Positions 24,412 to 32,544 of a stretch of 32,544 nucleotides of DNA are shown piece after piece (the stretch's first letter is position 1; every line of letters begins with the position of its first letter). Both the position numbers and the translations under genes were made by a program. The notes beneath the pieces are model-generated. The model saw nothing but the letters and a program-made list of their open reading frames with translations. It had not been told where the DNA came from and did no database searches. The stretch is from Chiloscyllium plagiosum. Its lineage: Eukaryota. The DNA is taken from NCBI RefSeq assembly GCF_004010195.1, contig NC_057720.1, forward strand, positions 19,238,775-19,271,318. The letters are read 5' to 3'.

Positions 24412-24739
24412 CTAAGAATAAAGAAATAAGAACATTCAGAAATATAGGGTATGAATGAGTACCAGAGAAAGCAGTAGAAGTAACAACTCCAGAGCAATTC
24501 AACATACATTTAGGTGATGTAGAAGACGTCAATACCTATCTATGGACGGATAAATTTGATGGGGAGAGGAATGTCAAGCCCAATCTACTTAGCCTTTGTT
24601 GATCTTCATTGTTAATAAATAGTTTTATCTAGTGATAAGGTGCATCATTTTGTCTTATTTATGGACACAATCTTTTCTGTTGGAAGTGTGAACTAAGAAT
24701 TGGCAGGCATCCAGGCATTTTGACCCCTAGTGAACAAAG

Positions 24740-25450
24740 TGATGGTAAGTGGGTCTAAGGAACATATGAGATCAAAGGATTAAGTTAGAGATCACAAAAC
24801 ACATTTCAAAGTGAAATTGACAAACAGTTTATTCGTACAGCAATATCGAGGAAGAGAAACTGACTAAAGCTGAAATAGTACAGACAGTCTGCTCAGGCAG
24901 TCAAGAATTTTTCTTCCCAGAGCTGAGGATAAGACCAGTTTTTATAATCATGCTGTACATTAAGGCTAATTAGGAATGGGGAAAATACAATGTATCTGGA
25001 AATGGAGTAATCTAGTTACAAGGATACTATCGGAAAATAGTTATCGGATGAATGTCCTGTTCCTTCACACAATGCAACATCCTGACAGTATTGATGGTTC
25101 CATTCCTCTTCACAAGTAGGTGTTAATGTCTCCTCTGAAGTGGTGAGGTGCTTCCATTGTCTTGTCCTGGGAGCAGTGCTCTTGCTGGTGCCTTTCTGTC
25201 TGACCTGCTCTTTGTGTGGTTTTGGTATTGCTGGGTTGTGAAACTAGCCTTGGGGGTTTGGGATAGTTGTGTTGCTCTGACATTGTTAGTGGGAGCTTGA
25301 AGTGTATTCCCTTGTCTGCGAGTGCTGTCTAGTTTGGCTTGTCAGCCTGCTTGGTCCCTGCTGAGGCATTCTGGGTGTTTTTTGGTACCGTTGACCAATT
25401 TTGCTTTTATGGGCCTATCGTGGGCTAGCAGGGTGGCAGATCTTTTCCCA
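24740..25450 (-). mobile_element. Solo LTR (711 bp) in the last intron, same orientation as the gene
   Basis: TG...CA termini; 5-bp TSD CAAAG at 24735-39 and 25451-55; minus-strand TATAAAAA (24946-39), AATAAA (24833-28) and downstream TGTGTTTTGTG. Confidence 0.72.
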
Positions 25451-25899
25451 CAAAGTAGTAAACAGATGAAGGGCTGACGAGGAATTTAAATTAGAGTCAA
25501 ATCAGGTACAAAGAGAGGGTAAGAAGACTGGATTGAGAGAAGTGAGGGATGGAAAAGAAAAAAAATGAATAAAATTACAAAACATTGTTATTGTCTAAAG
25601 GAATGAGGCTCCAAACTTATTTACTTTCTGGACCAGAGAATATAATTGAAAGTCATTATCAGTTATTGTTATTGTGCTCCTATTAGCTTAACTTTCTGTA
25701 GACATACTAATGTGAAAGTATAGCAACATCATGGAACTCCCTGGGTAGATTCAGTTTGAGATGTTTTTGTGTGGCTGATAACGGAACAGCATGAATAGAC
25801 CAAAACTTGTAGTGATTCATAATCCAAAGGGTAGCTCTTCCCCACCACAAGTTGTTGTATTAATTGCATTGGGTATTGACTCTGTAACATTTTAGCAAA

Positions 25900-26330
25900 T
25901 ATGTTCCTTTTTCATTCTTATATGGAATGGGAGGAATGGCCAGTGTTTATTGCCCATCTCCAATTGCTGTTGTGAAGCTCGTAGTGAGCCACCGTCTTGA
26001 ATTCCTGCAGTCAATCTGATGTCGTTACTCCCACAATGATTTACTTTTGGCTTTTCTGTAATGATTTGATACAACTCTGGGCTTGCTCAGCATTTCTGAA
26101 GGCAGTTACAAATCAACCGCATTGTGCGCAACGAAGACCAAATCAAGTTGGGATAGCAGATTTCCTTTTTTCAAGGAAATGACCCTTTAAGGAAATGTCA
26201 TGGTCATGATTAATGGGGCTAGCTTCTTAATGGTAGATTTATTCCATCATTGGGTTTGAACCTGTGTTCCCAAAGAATTAACATGCACCTCTGGTTACTA
26301 ATCTAATAACATTACCATTATATCACCATC
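25900..26330 (-). mobile_element. Old SINE/LINE-tail fragments
   Basis: Partly reverse-complement similar to 30490-30750; start resembles 28100-28170. Confidence 0.5.
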
Positions 26331-26801
26331 CTGCACTGGAAAGGATAAATTGTTCTCAAAGTAGCAGATTACCTCAGTCTGAGGAAACTACATGACTGGC
26401 AAAAGAATCTCAGTTCACAAAAGAAAATTTACAGCCCAGGAACACGCTCTCCGGCCCTCTAAGCCTGAGCCCATAAGACAATGTCTTATATCAAAAACAA
26501 TTCAGGAATTGCTTGGTAAAGTTTGGAGTAAAGTTATTTAAAAACATGCAGCTCAACAAATTGAGAATGTGGAACTGGTTATTTAAGAAAACATCATGCT
26601 GACCTTTATCATACAGCAGTTGTTCATGACATAGGAATTCCAGAACCTAATGTTTTTTTTGTGCAGCATTTAATTAAACTAATATTGTTACATGTGCGGG
26701 GTGTGAACATTCAGTTTGATCAATACTTATCAAAGTTCTCTCAGTTTGATCTCAAATCAACTGACTGCAATGTTTCTCCATTCAATAGTCGAGACCCTCA
26801 C

Positions 26802-27008
26802 CTGTAAGAATCCGTTTTGCATTAGCTTCATACACTGCAGCATTGTATGTGAAGATGCGTGCCATTTCCAGGTGTTTGAGCATTATTTCACAACCCTCAT
26901 CAATGCTTTCCCATAACTCAGTGGCCTCAAAGGTGACAAACTCCCGCTCCATCAGAGTAATGAGAGGCATAATGTATGGAACTGTTGTCTTACTGAGTGC
27001 GATCTCCT
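26802..27008 (-). CDS. NSP-family (BCAR3 homolog) internal coding exon, 207 bp
   Basis: Acceptor TTTTACCCCCTTCAG, donor G|GTGAGG; (E)EIALSKTTVPYIMPLITLMEREFVTFEATELWESIDEGCEIMLKHLEMAR...NAKRILT; phase 1/1. Confidence 0.95.
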
Positions 27009-27089
27009 CTGAAGGGGGTAAAACAGACAAAACAATAAAACACCATCTAGCAGATCACAACAAGATGTTAAATAAGAAATTGTTGTAAA

Positions 27090-27545
27090 AAAGCAGCAGG
27101 TTGCCCAGAATCTGTGGAGAGAAGGCAGAGTAAACATTTTGGGTTCATACACCCTTCTTCAGAATGTTAACTCTGCTTTCCCTCCACAGTTGTGGGTGGC
27201 ACAGTGGTTAGCACTACTGCCTCACAGCGCTGGAGACCCGGGTACAATTCCCGCCTCAGATGACTGACTGTGTGGAGTTTGCACGTTCTCCCCATGTCTG
27301 CGTGGGTTTCCTCCGGGTGCTCCGGTTTCCTCCCACAGTCCAAAGATGTGCAGGGTCAGGTGAATTGGCCATGCTAAATTGCCCATAGTGTTAGGTAAGG
27401 GGTAAATGTAGGGGAATGGGTGGGTTGTGCTTCGGCGGGGCAGTGTGGACTTTTTGGGCCGAAGGGCCTGTTTCCACACTGTAAGTAATCTAATCTAAAA
27501 AAGATTATGCCAGACCTACTGAGTTTTATACAGCAATTTCATAGT
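27090..27545. repeat. Inverted pair of another hammerhead-associated repeat family; right arm interrupted by a SINE
   Basis: CTGTGGAGAGAAGGCAGAGTAAACATT (27111-37) vs AATGTTAACTCTGCTTTCCCTCCACAG (27163-89); minus strand reads CTGAAGA-A-GGGT...ACCC-AAAATGTT. Confidence 0.7.
27194..27502 (+). mobile_element. HE1/V-SINE
   Basis: GGTGGCACAGTGGTTAGC A-box, GGTACAATTCC B-box, V domain, GGGCCGAAGGGCC, AATCTAATCTAA tail; closely similar to 17139-17444. Confidence 0.93.
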
Positions 27546-28099
27546 TGTTTGTTTTGTGTGTGTAATGTGGTAGATAACATGCTTTAAGCTGCTTTCAAAG
27601 TGATACAATTTCCTTCTTCCTACAATTTTGCATAAGATCTCACCACAGCAATTTTTAAATTAATTTTAATCATAAATACTACAAATGCTTTTACTTCCTG
27701 CAATCTTCTCCAGAGAAACTGATTACCAATGGCTGCGTGCTGGGTAACTGATATCTCACTGAAGTGCTTATTCTTCGCTTTAGAACCCTGGGAAGCAAAG
27801 GGTCAGATAGCTATTCAATCAGCAGGGCCTAATCCAACATCCAGCCAACATCAAAGCACTGCTTTCAAACAAGTTAGCAACACAAATTACACCTTGTGTT
27901 TCTCCACTCCCTCCTTAACTAAGAAAAGATCTTGGGACTTTCCTGGTTTCCATGTGCCCTCTTCAGAAGTGTTTTTATTTGTTAATTGACAACTAACATT
28001 TTCATTTTACTAACTCTATTTTGGTTTGCACTGCTCTGAGATTTTGTGAAGCAGATTTTTGCAGGTGGAAAACTTCAATTAAAGACTGATTTGTATTTT

Positions 28100-28505
28100 T
28101 GATCTTTTATTGATTCACAGGTTTTGATTATTATTGCCCAATTCCTTGAGAAGGTGGTGAGCAGCTTTATGTGGTGTAGCAGTATGAACAGTGCTGTTAG
28201 GGAGAGAATGCCAGGATGTTGCAACAGTAATAGTGATATATTTCTAGTCAAGATGGTGTATAGATTGGAGAGGAACCTGCAGATGGTTTTCCCATCTGCT
28301 TGCTGCCTTTGACGTTTTAGGCAATAAAAGTTACAGGCTTGGGAGATGCTGTTGAAGAAGCCTTGCTGAACGATGGAAACATGTTGGACGGGGTGCCTTG
28401 TCTTGGATGGTGTTCAGCTTCTTGTTGGTACTGCATCCATCCAGGCAAGTGGAGAATATTCTATCCCACTTCCATCTCGTGCCTTAGATGATGTTAAAGC
28501 TTTGG
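28100..28505 (-). mobile_element. Old LINE 3' fragment (family unresolved)
   Basis: Start resembles 25900-26010 (TTATTGCCC...CTTGAGAAGGTGGTGAGC); heavily decayed. Confidence 0.4.
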
Positions 28506-28514
28506 GATTGATTT

Positions 28515-28920
28515 TTTTATCAAGTGCCATTCATGATCACTGCACATTCCATCACAATGTACAGTGAGGGCCTTTTGAAGTGATATCAACATTGTAGGAG
28601 TGTTGTAACTAATAGGTCCAAGTTAGTTTCCTTAAATAGCAATGGGATACTGACCATATAATTTGTTATTTCATGATTTCAATTGAAGGATAAATATTGG
28701 CCAAGACACAAGGGAAAACTCCCAAGTTAGAAACAGTGCTTTAGAATCTTTACTTGGACCTGAAGGGTAGACAGGGCATCATTTTAACTTTTTGTCTGAA
28801 AGTTGACATTTGACAGTACAGCACTCATTCACTATTGCATCGGAGAGTCAACCTAGATTGCTCTACTCCAATTGAATCTGAACCAGAGACAAGCATACTA
28901 ACAACTGTGCTGCAGCTGAT
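28515..28920 (-). mobile_element. DeuSINE (SacSINE1/AmnSINE1-like) remnant
   Basis: TTGAAGGATAAATATTGGCCAAGACAC...GACAGTACAGCACTC...GTCAACCTAGATT resembles the recalled Deu-domain consensus. Confidence 0.6.
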
Positions 28921-29046
28921 GAGATTTGCATGTTTATTTGGAAGCACTAGCTTTTGAAGCACTGCTTCTTCATTGGGTGTTTGTGGAGCAGAATCATAAG
29001 ACACAGACTTTATAGCAACAGGAATGCAGTGCCATGGAATGTAGTA

Positions 29047-29180
29047 TTGGATAGGCATATGGAGGATGGATAGGCATATGGAGGATAGTGGGCTAGTGTA
29101 GGTTAGGTGGGCTTGGATCGGCGCAACAGCGAGGGCCGAAGGGCCTGTACTGCGCTGTATTCTTCTATGTTCTATGTTCT
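29047..29180 (+). mobile_element. CR1 3'-tail fragment, same subfamily as 19992-20717
   Basis: GGATAGGCATATGGAGGATAGTGGGCTAGTGTAGGTTAGGTGGGCTTGGATCGGC matches the reverse complement of 20046-20100; (TTCTATG)n tail. Confidence 0.92.
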
Positions 29181-29405
29181 AAATAAATTTAGCTTACATC
29201 TTCCATCTTTTAGAATGACCATGTTAGTTTCAGTTCCTTCATATGTAAATCCCAGAACTTTTTGGGATTTACATATGAAGGAACTGGAACTAACATGGTC
29301 ATTCTAAAAGATGGAAGACATAAACAAATTTAGTTTAAGATTATATTCCATGACACTGCAATCCTGTTGCTATAAAGTCTGTGTCTTATGATTCTGTTCC
29401 ACAAC

Positions 29406-29437
29406 CACCTGATGAAGGAGCACTTCGAAAGCTAGTG
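29406..29437 (+). ncRNA. Minimal hammerhead ribozyme motif, intact core
   Basis: CAC-CTGATGA-A-GGAG(CA)CTTC-GAAA-GC-TA-GTG; stem I CAC/GTG; stem II shortened by a 3-nt deletion relative to the other arm. Confidence 0.6.
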
Positions 29438-29631
29438 CTTCCAAGTAAACCTGTTGGACTATAACCTAGTGTTGTGTGATTTTTAGCATTGTCCACCCCA
29501 GTCCAATATAGTGAATATTGTTCCACATCAGGTTTACGGCAGTGTTAGGAACTAAAGTCTCCCGCATTGTTTTAAATTGCATCAGATTAAATGGTCTGCT
29601 GCTTCCTGGGTGAATCATCCTAAACTCTTAC

Positions 29632-29743
29632 CTCTTCCCTCGTTTAAAGCTTTGATGCATGGTTTAAGTGTCTTCTCATAAACAATGGCACTTCTCGTGT
29701 GTGTACGTCGCAGTGCAGTCCAAGTTTCCTCTAACCTTGTAAT
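29632..29743 (-). CDS. NSP-family (BCAR3 homolog) internal coding exon, 112 bp
   Basis: Not in the ORF track. Acceptor TTTTTATACCTGCATAG, donor G|GTAAGA; ITRLEETWTALRRTHTRSAIVYEKTLKPCIKALNEGR; phase 0/1 fits both neighbours. Confidence 0.95.
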
Positions 29744-30294
29744 CTATGCAGGTATAAAAAATAACATTAGAACAATACATGTATTGAATGAATAGATGTC
29801 TCCCACAATAATTGCAGCAAATCATCCACACCAGCATAAATCCAAATTTTTTGTCTCAGTTCAAAGCCACAGCATACCTCCAGTACTTTGTTCCTAGTGT
29901 GTGGCAAACATAGAGGAGGGCAGGCAGAATTAGACACTGTCCATACTGCACACTTGCACACTGACATAGTTTCTGGTAGCACAGATTAGCAATATGGAAT
30001 AGGAGCTATTCTCAGCTGTCACCTCTACTCAGATGAGGTTGACATTGTAGAATTATAAAATACAAAACAGGCCCTTCAGTCCATCAAGTATTTACTCACA
30101 AAACCAAACTAAATCTACACTAATCCCATTTGATTATTTCTTCGGCAAGAGTATGAAAGCCATTTTAGAAATTTCTACAAACTTAGCTGATCAGACTAAA
30201 AGTCATCAAACTTGGGCACTTCCTTCACAGTATGGTTCCAGTACTGATCAGCAAATCTTGCTAGGGTAGAATTTCAATAATATTCATTATGTCT

Positions 30295-30480
30295 AGGTTA
30301 ACTCAGTTGGCTAGCTGTCTGGTTTACAATACAGAGCGACGTTAAAAGCATGGGTTCAATTCCTGCATTGGCTGAGGGTACCACGAAGGTCTCTCCTTCG
30401 CAACCTCTCCTCTTCCCTGAGGTGGTTAAACTGCCACCAATCATCTCTCTCTGTTTAATCAGAGCATCTGGGAAGGCAAT
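30295..30480 (+). mobile_element. tRNA-derived SINE remnant
   Basis: TAACTCAGTTGG A-box-like and GGTTCAATTCC B-box. Confidence 0.6.
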
Positions 30481-30489
30481 AGCCTTGAG

Positions 30490-30750
30490 TTATTATTGCT
30501 ATACTATTAATCTAAGAGACCTAGATAATGTGCTAGGGATCCAGGTTCAAAACCAACAATGGCAGATGGCGGAATCCACTATCAATAAAAATCTGGAATT
30601 AAGAGTCTAATGATGAACATGAAACTGCTGGCGATTGTCAGAGAAAACATCGGGTCCATTAGTGCCCTTTAGGGAAGGCATTAGCTGTCCTTACCTGGTC
30701 TAGCTTAATAGACTTTTAAACTGCCATCTAGGCAATAAATGCTGACCTAA
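30490..30750 (+). mobile_element. tRNA-derived SINE remnant (second family)
   Basis: GGTTCAAAACC B-box-like; ends GGCAATAAATGCTG; related to 25900-26330. Confidence 0.55.
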
Positions 30751-30914
30751 TCAGTAACACTCAATTTTGTGAGTGAATATTCTTTTAAAAAAAAAGCTCT
30801 ATGGTTCAGTAGGACAATGGTGACTTTGCCTTTACCTTTACCTAAGATATTCAGTAATAATCTGATTAACTTAAACTGGGCAATTTTGTGCTCAAAATAC
30901 AAGAAAGGAGATAC

Positions 30915-31086
30915 CTGGGGCATGTCCAGTGCTTTCATAACAGCAGAGAAGCCATACAGATCTCCCATGGAATATTTCAGCTCCAGGGCCACTTCGATGA
31001 TCTTACTTAATACAGCAGCTCTCTCTTGAACACTCCCTGTACAACCCAAGACATCCACAGCTATCCCAATAGCTAGAGTATTATAC
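30915..31086 (-). CDS. NSP-family (BCAR3 homolog) internal coding exon, 172 bp; upstream exons lie beyond the window
   Basis: Acceptor TTTAATTTTCCCAG, donor CAG|GTATCT; YNTLAIGIAVDVLGCTGSVQERAAVLSKIIEVALELKYSMGDLYGFSAVMKALDMPQ. Confidence 0.95.
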
Positions 31087-31284
31087 CTGGGAAAATTAAA
31101 GCAGTTTTATTTACTGATCTGGTCCCAGGATGGTAAGCCAATTCTAAATCATGAGGTAGTCAAATATTTTAACTTTAAGATAACATAAAACAAATTAATG
31201 TTCTTTTAAAAAGTCATCATTACAGCCCTTTAAATACTATCCTGCTGTTGGTAAAGGAAGTATTTGAAGAATGTGCACACAAAT

Positions 31285-32310
31285 AATGCTTTTCATGATT
31301 TCAGGACATCCCAAATATTTATAGCCAACTAAATGTAGCAATCAAAAGCACATAGCAAGGTCCTGCTAAAAGCAACATGGTAAGACCGTAAGATATAGGA
31401 GCAGGGTAAGGCCATTCTGTTCCACCATTCGATCATGGCTGATGTGTTTCTCAAACCCATTCCCCTGCTTTCTCCCTGTAACCTTTGGTCCTCTTACCTA
31501 TGTATCCCTGTCTTAAATATGCTAATGACTTGGCCTCCACAACCTCCTGTGGCAAAGAATTCCACAGATTCATTACCATCCGGCTCTAAGGCTGTGCCTT
31601 CAGGTCCTACTGGTGAAAATATCTTCTCCACGTCCACTCTACCTAGGTCTGTCAGTATTCTATTGATTTTAATCAGATTCCCCCCTCATCCTGCTGAACT
31701 CTGTCAAGTACAGACCCAGAGACCTCAATCACTCCTCATAAGAAAAACCCTTCAGCTCCAGAATCATTCTTGTCAACCTCCTCCAGAATCCCTCCAATGC
31801 CAACACATCCTTCCTTAGATTCGAGGACCAAAACTGCTCACAATATTCAAATGTGGTCTGACAAGACCCTTAGCTTCGTCAGTGTATTCTGTTTTTGTAT
31901 ACTAGCCCTTTTGCAAATGAATACTAACTTTGCATTTGCCTTCCTAACTGCCAAGTGGACCTGCATGTTAACCTTAACAGAATCCTGAACTAGGATTCCC
32001 AAGTACCCTTGTGCTTCAGATTTCTGAAACTTTTCCCCTTTTAGAAAAGAGTCTATGGCTCTATTCTTCCTACCAAAGTGCATTATCTCATAATGACCAG
32101 AACCTCTGATTTTAGTGGAGTTGGCTGTTTGAACGAGTACCACACAATGTCTTAAATCCACCTGTGAGGTATAATGCTTCTTCCAAGCATTTCCTACGGT
32201 AGAAAAACCCACCTCAGTGCTATACTGGAGTGTCACTCTGGAATTTGTGCTCAAATGTTGCAAGTGAAACTTGTAACACGCAATCTACTGAATAGATGAC
32301 AATGAGGCAG
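31285..32310 (-). mobile_element. DeuSINE-like remnant split by a CR1 insertion
   Basis: 31285-31383 (TTCAGGACATCCCAAA...AGCAAC) appears to continue at 32090 (TAATGACCAG...CCTCAGTGCTATACTGGAGTGTCA). Confidence 0.5.
31384..32089 (-). mobile_element. 5'-truncated CR1 LINE
   Basis: EIMHFGRKN...QGYLGILVQDSVKVNMQVHLAVRKAN on minus; tail near 31384. Confidence 0.88.
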
Positions 32311-32365
32311 CCCATCAGATCCTCAAGTACTGCTTCACTCACCCCCTCAACCACTCATCTCCGGA

Positions 32366-32544
32366 CAGATAATAGACAATAGGTGCAGGAGTAGGCCATT
32401 CAGCCCTTCGAGCCTGCACCGCCATTCAATATGATCATGGCTGATCATTCCTAATCAGTATCCTCTTCCTGCCTTATCTCCATAACCCTTGATTCCACTA
32501 TCCTTGAGAGCTCTATCCAACTCCTTCTTAAATGAATCCAGAGA
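32366..32544 (-). mobile_element. CR1 3' end (continues beyond the window)
   Basis: ATAGACAATAGGTGCAGGAGTAGGCCATTCAGCCC tail, related to 31384-31520. Confidence 0.8.

Larger units (their letters stand above)
28929..29507. mobile_element. Fold-back of two inverted Penelope terminal repeats, no coding core
   Basis: Palindrome centred at 29258-59; arms related to 9225-9468 and 11158-11405; CR1 tail inserted in the left arm. Confidence 0.85.

Noticed and set aside
24412..24532. N-terminal 40 aa of ORF 24230-24532
   Set aside because: Intronic, upstream of the acceptor; the same applies to intron read-through in ORFs 26782-27030 and 30747-31058.
27194..27265. tRNA gene
   Set aside because: A/B boxes belong to SINE heads (also 12740-12813, 17139-17195, 30295-30365); no complete cloverleaf.

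Overview
Vertebrate genomic DNA, most likely a shark (HE1/V-SINEs, HER1/CR1 LINE tails; an orectolobiform shark is my best guess). Positions 1-21000 are a nested pile of retroelements: CR1 LINEs, a decayed Gypsy element with integrase placed before RT (Gmr1-type order), an L1 ORF1 remnant, three Penelope-like elements, SINEs, and a 24-bp minisatellite replacing the middle of a CR1. Positions ~21000-32544 hold the last four coding exons (minus strand: 31086-30915, 29743-29632, 27008-26802, 24411-24230) and probable 3' UTR of an NSP-family gene (BCAR3/SH2D3A/SH2D3C, C-terminal Cdc25/RasGEF-like domain). The most notable signal is a recurring set of minimal hammerhead-ribozyme motifs (CTGANGA-N-stem II-GAAA-CG/GC-TH) in at least four Penelope-related repeat families, mostly arranged as inverted pairs or fold-backs, two of them inside an intron of the gene. 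A solo LTR with sense-strand TATA and poly(A) signals lies in the last intron. Family names come from recalled motifs, not database searches; repeat boundaries are approximate.
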